A DNA stretch of 63,118 nucleotides, the filler included, from Phoronis australis (taxonomy: Eukaryota; Animalia; Phoronida), in NCBI GenBank assembly GCA_002633005.1. It is 10 parts of 10 records of this genome, joined end to end, with 100 filler letters (N's around TTAATTAATTAA, not from the genome) between each part and the next. Parts side by side here need not be neighbours in the genome. Positions count along the whole stretch, not along the records: positions 43,413 to 58,121 come from NMRA01001548.1; positions 58,222 to 60,433 come from NMRA01003794.1; positions 60,534 to 63,118 come from NMRA01003585.1; 7 more parts are not named here. One strand, given 5' to 3'. The notes under the pieces were generated by a model. That model had not been told where the DNA came from, did not search any database, and was given only the letters and a program-made list of their open reading frames with translations. This document shows positions 51,259 to 63,118 of this stretch, in pieces; within the stretch, counting starts at the first letter, position 1, and every line of letters starts with the position of its first letter. A program made the position numbers and the translations under genes.

Positions 51259-52136
51259 CTTGCACATGACCGCAAAATGCGATGAGCCACCACTGTCAAA
51301 TATATCTTCAATGGTCAAAAATACGAGCAGATGACCTGGTTCGTGTAATCAACAATTTATAGGAAGAAACGTAACTCTGCATTCTAATCCGTAACACGAT
51401 CGCTGTGGTCATATTTACTTTTCAGGTTTCTTACCTAGTTTTCCGAAAAACTTAATATACCCCTGCAGTCAGACAACTCTTTGGTGCTCTGACTTGTTCT
51501 CTATGTATTTTTCCACGTCTCTGAAGTTAATTATTGGCACATTTTTAAGTTTTAGGATCCAAGTTGGACTCACAAGACCAGCCATTTAACTCACGCATTG
51601 TCATCTTCCACTTTGTTTATCGCATCGAGCCTCGCTTTGGATTTTAATGTCCGCCGCGTGAGTTAGAAGTCTCGCTGGTTCCCTGCGCGCTGCTTGGTAG
51701 CCATTACGCAGATAGCACGCGCTTTATCATTGGTTGATGTAACCTCAGCAGTCGTTGGTTAGCTTTACAACAAAGTCAGAAAATGGCGGACTATGAACGA
51801 TTTTTACCCTTGTCATGCAAGTGGCGAAGCAGCAACTATTTCGTCACGGTTTTTGCAGTAGGCCTAATGTTCAATAGCCGCGTGCTTGAAGCACATGCAC
51901 GTACAATAAACACGCCGGTCATCGGGCCGATTTAATTAGTATGTTATTCACACTGTATGAATACAGGACAGCAACGTAAACAAAAGTCAGCGACAGTAAA
52001 AAGATGCACTCCGAAAAGGAGCAATCACAATTTTGTGGAATCAAATAGAGGTTGGAATGCCGTGCAGTTACCGACGGATAAAAATATATTTTATTTTAGA
52101 TCCATCTACATGTACTCAGCAGTCTGTAGCACACCT

Positions 52137-52165
52137 TTGACGAAGAGCGCATCGCTCGAAACGTC
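52137..52165 (+). ncRNA. Degenerate Penelope-type (type I, minimal stem III) hammerhead ribozyme core
   Basis: TTGACGA-A-GAGCG-CAT-CGCTC-GAAA-CG-TC; the C of CUGANGA is T and stem I is not intact. Confidence 0.5.
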
Positions 52166-53898
52166 GACACTGTGGAGTTTTCATTCAGGCCCTCAGTTGA
52201 AGCAGCTTAATCAGAGGAAGGGAAATGTGTATACACAACGATGACTCTCAGGTCTATGTTTTTGAGATTATACGGAATTAGTAATACCACAGATGAGGAT
52301 GCCGTGACGGTTGCTAGCAAACAACGGGACTCGATTTCGATGTAATGTGGTCCAAAACTTTGTCGCGTTACTTCCGGCCAAATTTTCAAGTCATTCATGC
52401 TCAAATGAATGATAACACCTACTTGGACAGAAATATGTAGTAGGACAATAAGTTGACGAAATTTTTTATCTAGTTATATTTTTGCGTGTTACTTAAAAGA
52501 GGCCTGAACTACATGTTTCAGCATTTTAATATGAATTTTGAAAGTATGAAGGTTGGTTACTGGCATCCGCATATTCCTAAACAGTGCACAGTATTTTTCT
52601 TTTTTACTTTGAAAAGTAAAAATTTATTAGTTCCGTAAAGACCCACTGCAAGCACTGTTTTTCGTGACGTCACTGAGGCTGTGCAGCACAAAGAGGTGTA
52701 GGTCATTAGCTGTGCGAGTACATAGTCCTGTGATCTTGATTCATCCCGGGGCCTAGCTAGCTAGCTAGCTAGCAGTATGAAGGCTATCTTAAAAATACAG
52801 CTAGGTACCAGTAGCACTGTGTGCTGAGCTCCGTCAGACTCCGAAATTTCACATAACCCGGGTAGTTCTGCTCGTCACCTCGTCGCGAAACTTACATCAA
52901 CATGTAGAGCTATAAACCGGCAGGGGAGCGTGCAAATATCTGGGTGTCAACCGACACTCACCTTGCCCGCCGATGCCGTTTAAGTGACAAACAATCTAGT
53001 AAACGTTATTTTATTTCGTAATTCTCAGCCTTTGGTAACAAAGAAAACAGTTCGCTCAACACGCTCTATTTCCTAAAATTTTGCGACATCTGTCGGGAGA
53101 TGATGACAGCTTCGCAGGAGCAAATTTTTTATGAAATTCGGTTTCCTGGTATTAAAATACTAAAAATTTGAAAGGAAATGAAATCAGCCGTGATAACTTG
53201 TTGTGACACGTACACAAGTTCGATCGCTTGTTATACTTGGAAGAAGAATAACTCGGAAAACAAAACTGGCCAAATAAGGCAACATGTGACGGCGCCGAAA
53301 GCCGAGCATCCAAATTTCAGCAGCAGAGTGAACGGTAGGCAATGACCATTGCCTCTGTTCAATTGGCCCGACCAGAGGCGATGCAGCTCCTATAGGCGCT
53401 GCATACGCCGGAAGCTTTTCGGCGAATTATGCTTCGCACCGACTAAAACATCAAAGTCATGTTGTTATAAATACCGTTTGCGCATAGAAGAACACGATGT
53501 GTTTAATTCCTTCCAACTCGAACAAATACTCCCGTTATCAAACTTTTTCTTCGAGCAGTCCCTATTTCAGTTCCCAAAATCGTGAACTCGGGGCCTCCGA
53601 GTCAGCTTCCTGGCCTGATGCCGAGAACGGCATGGTTCCACCAATAGTCAATTATAGGCAGTTAACTTGTAGTATGAACTTTTGAGAGCCGAGATCGCAT
53701 ACGAATTATTCACATTAAAGGACAATGCCTCCCGATTTAATTAGTCTTTTTTACCGTCTTAATTGGCCTGTGGCCACATCGGCTCAGTCAGTCGTACACG
53801 GTCGACCTTACCTTGCCGAGAGGTGTCGCGTTAACCTGTGAGGTAGGTGAGAAACTCCGCAGCGACGTCTGTGGTTCATCTGCACAGTGAGTGTCGCC

Positions 53899-54070
53899 AT
53901 CGTGTGGTGTGTCGTTCCCGCTTGTGCGAACTATGAAGCTGCGAGGAAAGCGGGTACATCGTTTTTTTGCCCCTCGAGAGCCCAAAATGCTTCGAAAGTG
54001 GCTCGCGGCAGTGAAACCACGACGTGTGCTTAATGCCGACGAGAAACATAAAGCCTCTTCTAATCATCTG
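53899..54070 (+). pseudogene. Second decayed THAP domain (start codon lost, frameshifted)
   Basis: GCCATC (possible ex-ATG) then VWCVVPACANYEAARKAGTSFF (frameshift in T run) APREPKMLRKWLAAVK..KASSNH; the last Cys is replaced by Ser. Confidence 0.6.
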
Positions 54071-56936
54071 CACGATCCTGTCATCTACGCAAATACCACT
54101 GGGGAGAAGTTGGGCCGGTTCGGACAGATGATTACGTGAAGCGCTTTGAATCAAAAACAAATTCAAAATTATTACTAACTCAGTTATCATTGTAGTTAGC
54201 AGTACAAGTAGTAGTAGTACCACAATTTTGCTGTTGTCCATCTGAATCCTATTTTTAACGGATAGGCTGGGGCTAGACCTTTATCGCGGAGGGGGGGGGG
54301 GGGGTCGATCGAACCCCCCNCCCCCCCAGGCTACGGGCCCGGACATGTCAGATGTACCACTGTAACAAATATATTTACTAATGTTTAAATAGACAAAAGC
54401 TTATTACGGTGAGGCCCATTTAAGACATGGTTCTCATAATAATTGCATTTTTGTATTACTGATTTTATTCCTTTTATCATCCTGGTGTAAAAAATCCACC
54501 CTGTGTGGAAATGTTTTCCACACAGCTGTAAAACACTCTGAATTGAAGTGATTCCATCGAGGCAATTTCCTCCCAGGTGGAAATTATTAACCATATTGTA
54601 CATTTTTTGTGTAAAATATTTAAATAATTTCCACTGATATTAATCACCCACGCTGGAAACGCCAGTAAGATACTCCAACATCCCATCAAAAACATAGACC
54701 CACTAGTTTTTAATCAATAAATCAGTTTATTTAAAACATTTAGGTCCTTGGCCCACGTGTAACATGTTGTTATAAAATATCGTTGAACAACGCTTCCCAG
54801 AGGTCAGTTACAAACACAAATAAAATGATGTTCATCCTTAAGTTGCGACAAACAAATATGCACTAAGTTTGAGCTATTATCCGCGGCAGTTCCAGTCTTG
54901 CAAAAAACAATTTTTAATTCAATATTAAAAAATTTCAAGAAAAGATGTTTCACTACCCGATTTTACCATACCATTTCAAAACCGTATCTTTGCAACAAAT
55001 TTATGGCAGATGAACCCCAATTTGTCCGACCGGCCTCATGCAATGTGACAAGCATGTGCTAATCTTAAAAGGCTGTTATATACCCGCTTTCCGTTAGGGA
55101 ACTAACTTCTTTGGTTTGGACCTTGCAGTCAAAAGACCAATGTTCAGCGTCATTCCTTATTTATGATTCATGGCTTGGATGGAACTGAACGTTCTGAGTC
55201 GAGACCAAGCTCAACAAGTTGATTGTATGCAATTGTTTATCGGAGCCGTGATAAGTGTGCAATAATTGTGAAATAAAGATCTGGTAACACATGCTACACG
55301 TTGTGTATCTAGTGCTCAAAATTGAGCGCGATTTATGCGAAAGTGCCGTACAAATTAATTGTGACACCTGGGACTCGGCAAAAGTATCACGACTCCAACT
55401 AGAAAAAAAACACGATTTTTCTTGCAATTTCAGTCATGTTCTACTTATCTCGAGTCAATGTAGAGCGCATGCGCCAGTTACAAAAACGACGGTTATTGGA
55501 TTAGAAAATAATTAATTTACGGCGCAAATTGGTTATTTACGTGGGTAAATTACGCACGTAAATTTATATTAATTTTCACCATAAATAATTAATTTACACC
55601 CTTCACAATTCATTTGCGTCGTAAATAATTAATTTACACGGTAAGCAATATATTTTCAAGGTAAAAATTAACTTACGGCGTGAATAATTAGTTAATGCCG
55701 TAAACAATAATTAATTTACTCACGCACTTTTCCAACATGATTTAACCAAAGAGGCTCTAAGTACCTGTTGAATATGAATGGATTGGGCATTGGACACGTG
55801 ATCAAAATTCTAACAGGTCATTGAAGTTCGACACAGGCACATTACGAAGCATGGGTAGCCCAATGTGTTCTGAAAGTGATGCTGATGTTGAAACACTTCT
55901 ACACGACTTTTATTTCGAAAGGAACATGCACCATCACGTGGGTAGTGGTCGGATATAACGTGACCGAATTGAGAACCAGTTTTCTCCACTGAATAATGGG
56001 CATCAAACTGGTTCTCAAAATACGGACACGTTATATCCGACGATTGCCCTATTGACTTGACAAAGAACATTTTGACCCATAGCAGAAATCTCTCGTGAGT
56101 TTGGCTTAGGTATTTCGTTCAATGAGCCGGCTATGTGGCCAGCGCACGTCTGATGCACCGCAGAAGACTTTAGACCACCTCCGCTTTTTTCTCGTCAAAT
56201 CATAAATGTTTGCAAAAACTGTGATAGTGTTTCAAAATTAGTGCCGAATGCAGAAGCAATAACTGCCGTTTGATTGGAGAACATGTTTGCTACAAATTGT
56301 GTCTTTAAAAATGGAGTAATTTACGCAATAACATGTGAGATACTTGATGACTGGTGACATTTTTGGGTCAATATGTTTTGATTTAGACCACATGCTCCGA
56401 TGACTTGTGGGCTTGAGGAGAACAGGTAATTCCATTGTGTCACGATGTGTTTAACAAGCTGGCTTGTATTTGGCATAGCGAGCCATTGGCATTAATATGG
56501 GAAAGTAAAATGAGACTAAATTATATGTGTCTTTTGGAAGACACATTTATGACTACGAAGTTTGCGTATACCAGAAATTGTACATAGTGATACATTGTGG
56601 TATATCTATAGCGCCAAATGATTTAGTACAGTAAATAACTAAAAAGAATTAAGATACATGCAAGTTGTTATGAAAAGTTTTCACCAACTTTCTCTTGATG
56701 TAACTATATCGTTTAATTTCATTTCGTTACTAGTTTTATTTCATTTCTTAAAAATATGGCTCCTGAAAATAAAAAGACTTTTGAAAATATATTTGGAGTC
56801 TTCTGACCGCATAATTGTGGAACATCCCAAGTGTCTAAGCATCGTAATTGCGATTTCAACTTGAAAACACTCGGAATGTGAGCACTCCACAAAGACATTG
56901 CAAACCATACATTTTTTCATCATGTACAGATATCGT

Positions 56937-57380
56937 AAACATTTTTAATTTCGATCAGAACGCCACCTGTGGCCACATCACCTGACCTAATGAAAATAAA
57001 TCTGATACACTCAATAGTTTAAGGACTAGATGCCCACTACCAAGTCTGATTCGGTTTCTGTATTCAACCAGTTGCCCCTATGGCTCAGTGGACTAGAGCG
57101 TCTGAACGTTTAGCGGAAGGCCCCGACTTCGGGTCCTGTCTCCCGTTCAGTAACGCTAGGACCTCGCTAAAAAGCAATACTTAGCGAGATTACGTGAGAT
57201 ATTGCCGTGTATTTTAAATGAGGACACGTGACTTTGACTAGGTTTTAGCTAGGTCCTAGCGCAGGTCCTAGCGTCTACTGAACGCACGCCTGGTTTGGGG
57301 CAGAGACCTTTTCAGACTTATGGTCATCAGGTCACGTGATGTGGCCACAGTTGGCGTGCTGACCAAACCTAAAAATGTTT
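56937..57380. mobile_element. MITE-like element with ~55-bp TIRs enclosing a tRNA-like sequence, itself interrupted by a 141-bp inverted-repeat element (57144-57284)
   Basis: AAACATTTTTA..CGCCACCTGTGGCCACATCACCTGACCT / AGGTCACGTGATGTGGCCACAGTTGGCG..TAAAAATGTTT; internal GCCCCTATGGCTCAGTGGACTAGAGCG...GGGGCA; inner TIRs CGTTCAGTA(-)ACGCTAGGACCT / AGGTCCTAGCGTCTACTGAACG. Confidence 0.75.
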
Positions 57381-60300
57381 GGATATACATTCTCACGCCG
57401 GTTTAAGAATTACGTATTTATATTATCTACAGCTTTTATGTAAGACTACACCAGTTGATACAAAATAATCCCTGTAACACTCGCTAAGTGAAAGAGCTTT
57501 GAACAAGCTTGAAACATTTTATGAAGTCTTAATACTGAGTCCGGCAGTAAGCGACATATAAGCCGTCATCAAATGGTCTTAAATTTACCAGATTTGTGAC
57601 TGGCCTATTCTAAACCTTACCAACATCTGCCCTACCCCCGTTTAAATGCATCTTTAAAGCTCTATTTTGCCTTTAATATCATAAAATCGGTCTCATAATA
57701 ATACTTACCGTTATAGGACTCCATTTCAGTTACCAACATAAACATCAAAACCGTCAGCGACTCAAGAAAACGCTTCAGAGTTTATTGAGGATGGCCAATT
57801 GCCGAATTCGAATATGGCGCATGTACGCATTATCTTTGGCTTGAGTTAGCAACGGAAATAGAATCATATTTCTGTATGAATTAATGAGACCGATTTCAAT
57901 AGAATGAGTCTCTAATTCGTTTCGTTTTCAGCCGGATAAGCTGGGGGAAATGCAGCTTTACTTTTTTGTTCGCAGAATCACTCATAGTAACAACTTTGAA
58001 TTGAAATGTTTGCATAGTTTCTTTATCATTGATTTCAAGGGACGAAAGCACCTTGACGTCATGGGAGAAGTTTTACTTGGGCATCTCACAGTACGAGATT
58101 TACCGAGAAGATGACTCGGCTNNNNNNNNNNNNNNNNNNNNNNNNNNNNNNNNNNNNNNNNNNNNTTAATTAATTAANNNNNNNNNNNNNNNNNNNNNNN
58201 NNNNNNNNNNNNNNNNNNNNNTTGAATTCTAAATTTTCAGGTCATTTGGTGCACCCATGGGGTCATTAGGTGCATTTTTCTTCTGAAAGTTTGACCAATT
58301 CATTCATGTTGTATTCTGAAGTGCTTAAAGTAAAACATCTATGATTCTTAGCATTAACCACACTTTAAATTGGTTTTATAATTATTCCCTCATCGGGGTT
58401 CATAATGCACCGGATGAGGTCAGTTAGTGGAAAGGTCATCAAAATATTAACATGTAATTTCTCCTACAATTTTTAAGAATTCCTTTTCATATTGGTAACC
58501 GGGATGCTGTCAGTAACTTCCCATAACAATTCCTTTAATACGCACGCGCAGAGTCCATTATTGTGACGCCGTGACAATAATCTTTCTAGTTTACTTTGTT
58601 AATGTCGATTTCAACGAAATCCTTATGCAGTATTAAACCTGTGTTATTTGTCAAAAACTTTTTTTTCAGGATATTGCCTTTACGAAATTGGTTTCGAACG
58701 TTTCGCCGAATTCCTGCCCTTTTAGAGAATTTTGTGTCGTTTTCTCGGATTTTTTATTTCTCTGTGGCGGACCTTTTTGCCCACTTTGCCAAATGGGGGC
58801 CTCGTTCGGGACCCTCGGCCCCCTCTCCCCTGGGTACGCGCATAGAAGTCCAAATGGGAATGATTTCAGAGCTTGAAAAGAGGCGACAGTTCGTTGTTTC
58901 GTCAGACATACAAAACTTGTCTTGTGACTTGATATTCAATGATCATGGTCTGGAAAGTAACTGTCTGTTCTTCCCAACCCCAAAGTGAATGAGACACATG
59001 ACAAAAACAAGTTCATAACGATAAGAGGACTAAATCAAACTCATTTTTGTCAGAAAGCACTGGTGTATTTCTTAGCAAGTCTGATAAACCTGCTATCGTG
59101 ACTAATGCTTGGACCAGTTAACCGAGCGTTCTCTGCAAAGGCCACTGTCTCAAACTGCACGGTTCTTTTTTGGAACAGTGATCAGGTACGTGCTTCATGT
59201 GAACCATGCAAATTGACACAGAATATGTCTCTCACGTGGAGTTTTTATTTGTTCAACTAAGGGTGGGTAACAAAACGAATTTTGGCTGAAATCACAAAAA
59301 ATGGTTAATTATCTTTTTAACTAACTATAAAGAACACCTAAAACAGGTTAAGGTTTCAATGTTTAATTATTTATTGTTTTTAGAAAATTATACTGAAGGT
59401 AACAGCTTTTGGTTTCGTAAATTCTTGAACTGATCATGACCACGACAGTGGATTGAGATACATGTATCTCCTCAAGTCTGCCCTGTGGCAATGACTTGTC
59501 CAAGAACACTTCAGAACCCTCGCAGTCGATGAAAAGTTGATTTTATAGTCTCTTCCACACATCGAGAGATCGTGCAGATGCAATGGATGCTGTATAATTA
59601 ATTCAGTTATGCCAGTTACGGTCGAAAAACCGTTTTAATACAGGGTGTGCCAAAATGATATCATTGTTCTGTAAATCGTCGTGACCTCAAATTCGATTCA
59701 TGTGGACCAGGCTCTTCGCCCGATTTTAATGTATTGCTACACTTTGCTGTGAAAGTAGTTGAGTGAACGGTCAGGTGCTTTATATGCAAGGGAATGGCAA
59801 ACAAAGAGAATGGAGAACGTTAATTTATTGAGTAATGTTATAGGGAACTAAAAAACTTTAGGAAGCGACTCGACTATTCATGTTTTCCCTGGGTTAATAA
59901 ACAATGCATGCATTTAGTTTTAAAGACTGAATTCCTGTTTTAACCACCACTTCATGAATTTCAACCAACAGTCTTGATCCAAAGTGTTCAATCAAGCAGT
60001 GGCTGTCATTTGAAGTGTGAGAGCCTTTTTAGAAAACTCTGTATGTTATATGTACCAATTTATTCAAGTACTTGTGACAACCAAGATAACGTGTCCATAT
60101 CAAACAATAGCGGAGTTGCAACCGAATCGATTTAACGATTGCGCATGTCCGGAAATTAGGGTGCGCAAAGGCTACTGGGATTGTTGATGGTAAACGGGAT
60201 GGCGACTGGTTTGCACGACGTGTAATTTGTGTGCATTAAACTACGCTGCTGTATGTAATTCTGCCGCTATTCGCCCTAACTAGCGCCCATGGCTCAAGAA

Positions 60301-63118
60301 GTGCCCCAACGCGTTTTCAGACTTTGCTAAAGTAAGCGCCCAGCCCATGAACTACATGCGAAAAATGCCCTTACCTACAGTTCTAACGTCTCCAATTTAT
60401 CAATTGAAAGATCCGACAGCCTGAATTTGTAACNNNNNNNNNNNNNNNNNNNNNNNNNNNNNNNNNNNNNNNNNNNNTTAATTAATTAANNNNNNNNNNN
60501 NNNNNNNNNNNNNNNNNNNNNNNNNNNNNNNNNCTTAAAGATGGAAATCATTGCATCGCGATGTGCATTAATTTGAATAAACATGAAACGACCCTTTCGG
60601 GGGACTGCTTACAACATCACACTATTAGTGATTGTTCTAAGCATTCAGTCTCGTGCTGTTCATTCAAGTGTAACCCTTTAAGTGCACCCCCAAAAGTTCT
60701 CTTAACATTTTAGACTTTCGTGTAAGCTATGTTTTTTAAACCGGTGCCCGCACTGTGTAAATCAGTCATTTTGTGACTTTTTGTTTTCTGAATACATGTA
60801 CCGAATTTTCCTAAAACCATGTGCTCACCTTATGACATCAACGCTTTAAGCGTATTTCAAATTGGCAGAAATTTTGTACAGAACATATGTGTATGCATGC
60901 AGGAATTATGCCCATATTATGTGATGGAAATATAAAGTATTTTTAAAATGTTTTTGTTTTGGCAAATTACTTGGCTTTCTGGGCTTAGTTTAAATCGTGT
61001 AATTTTACCAGTGGGTCTGATTTCGAATTGATTCAAGTGAAAAAACATGCCTAATCTACCTTTCTTCAAATCATGGCGACTGGCATTCAAACTCTTGTAT
61101 CACGTTCCTTACCTCATTTTCTGGAGTGACCCACCCCACCAGCAGGAACAAAAATGCGATTTGGAACATGGCGTCAAGATGTCTTTCTGGATAATATTTT
61201 CTTGCGAAGCGGTGCCTTTTATATCTTTAATTTGCATTGACGCACTTGACTTTGCAGCAAAAATATTTATTCGCCCTTGATGTAGATTAGCTACCTACAA
61301 GGGAACAAGGCAATTCAACGAAATTGATAACCTGTGAAAGAACAGTTGACATGCGTCAACACCGAAGGACTGTTTTCTCAGAAACCATAGGTAATGAAGG
61401 ATTGGCTAATATTTCACCTTCAGTTAGATTACGAAAGTTCACATGAAAGATTCGAGTGCATTAAAACATATTTGCAGACGGGCTGGTACCCGTTGTACCA
61501 GACGTGCTCAGGCCGCGCATGTGGGCCCATTACACTGATCACCTGGAACTATTTTGGAACTTTATTAATATACATGTGTGGTTGGGAGCTAGAAACCTGA
61601 CACAAGGGTCTAACAGTGTGGCCGCCAGTGTTAGTCAAACCCATGACCTCAAGTAAAGAGGGAGGTAATCTATCACCCTAGGGCACACCGCCTCCTCGAG
61701 TGCATTTAAGCAAAACTGTACTTTTGGTTTGAAGTGTACCACTTCTACAAAGATTCCGAATCCACTTTACGTCAACCGTTTTCCTTTGTCGACTATCTTA
61801 TGCGTTTTTACCTTTACTGCCTTACGACAGTGTCGTAAAAACCGGTCACGTGGTGTTAAGAGAAAAAACATTCATTGCCTTTTCGTAGAACATAAAGCTA
61901 TTTATTCAGTCATACTCACAAACAATATAAACAAGCAGTAAAACTGAACTGGAATGATTCCAAGTTTAAAATGATGTCTACTTCCCTTAAGTCATCCCTG
62001 AGCCACTATAACATGTTCAGTCGTCTGCAGACAGAAGAACCATAGGGGTCCATCGACTATTGGAATTGGAATTTTTTGAACAGCAAATTTCTCAAATGAT
62101 GTGATATTCAAATATTTCTTTATGAGTAAATTGAAACATATGAAGGATTTGAAAAATCTCTGGTGGTATATGCAATATTTATGTAAAATCATTGTTAAAT
62201 TAAAAACTCTTGTTCCAGACCTGTAATTTTTTAATGTTTTCAATACTATAAGTTAAAGACAAAGTATCGGATGGATGATTTATGGAGGAGCAAAAAAATT
62301 GCACACATTTACGAGCCCACTTCAACATGCCAAAGATTCATATTGGATTAATAAGAAACAGTGAGTTACCAATATTTATGCAAGTATCTCGATTAATCGT
62401 TGGGGACAACAACATTTCATTTTCCGCCTTCGTTGCTTGACGTCACTCTTTTACCAGGGCCCTTGTATCTCAACCATTTCCCATCTTAGTATGATTTGCA
62501 CTACTGTGACTAGGGGGGATAATCACTGTATCTATGTATAATATGCGACCATCAGTCAAGAATAGAATTATAAGGTTTTAAGAAAATAAAATGTTGACTT
62601 CTGCACGAGCTGGGTGCAGACCTCGACGTTTTGCATTCCTTTGCTTTCGTCGCATTTCGAGAAATATAGGTCACGCAACACTCTAAAATAATCTCAGCCA
62701 TCTTTTGTCACTGAAATTATGCATGACTCCGCAATATCTTCCTTTCGTTATATTCCAAACTATTAAAATCCAGACTGATATGATGAAAGCCAATGGTTCA
62801 CTAAATTTAAGGTGACAATACACTCCCAATCCATCGAAACACTAACCTTTTTCCTGACTAATAAGAGGGTTGATTTTTGGTCTTGCAAAGAATTGTCAAT
62901 CCGTCATTCCTTGATACAGCAGTCGCCGCATAAAATGACACGTCGTGACAAGCCAGTCTGTAATGCCTGGCCATGTTCTCCATCACTAACTAAGCCCGGA
63001 GATTACAATTTCTTTGCCTTGATCTTAGTTTCATAAAGGAATGATGCGATTCCAATTTTTTGTGATGTGCCCCATAAGATACGCAGTACCAAAAAGTTGT
63101 ACTGTATATATTTTCTCG

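Noticed and set aside
57074-57301. Functional tRNA gene
   Set aside because: Degenerate T-arm, interrupted by an insertion; treated as a tRNA-derived repeat.
57308-57330. Minus-strand CTGATGA...GAAA
   Set aside because: No stem II; the sequence is part of the MITE arm.

Overview
AT-rich, repeat-dense eukaryotic scaffold segment, most consistent with an invertebrate animal draft assembly. It has nine 100-nt gap linkers of the form N..TTAATTAATTAA..N, one long N gap and several single-N joins. Only two host coding exons can be supported. One is a 175-bp catalytic-domain exon of a type IV diacylglycerol kinase (DGKzeta/iota-like) on the minus strand (30066-30240). The other is a first coding exon of a type II membrane, FAM20-like protein on the plus strand (46316-46863), which would lie inside a DGK intron if the scaffold is correct. 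The rest is intron-like DNA filled with mobile elements: a frameshifted RTE-clade LINE, a second probable LINE 5' end, a 5.4-kb foldback element, piggyBac, Tc1/mariner, Kolobok-like, hAT-like and THAP-transposon remnants, a Helentron-like tandem array, tRNA-related MITEs and an (ATGT)n satellite. The strongest hidden signals are RNA structures. A complete, canonical HDV-like self-cleaving ribozyme can be folded by hand at 28139-28353. A second, non-canonical HDV-like fold with an extra hairpin in L3 begins at the 5' junction of the RTE element (15435-15626). A degenerate Penelope-type hammerhead core lies at 52137-52165. Almost all ORFs in the supplied track are spurious.
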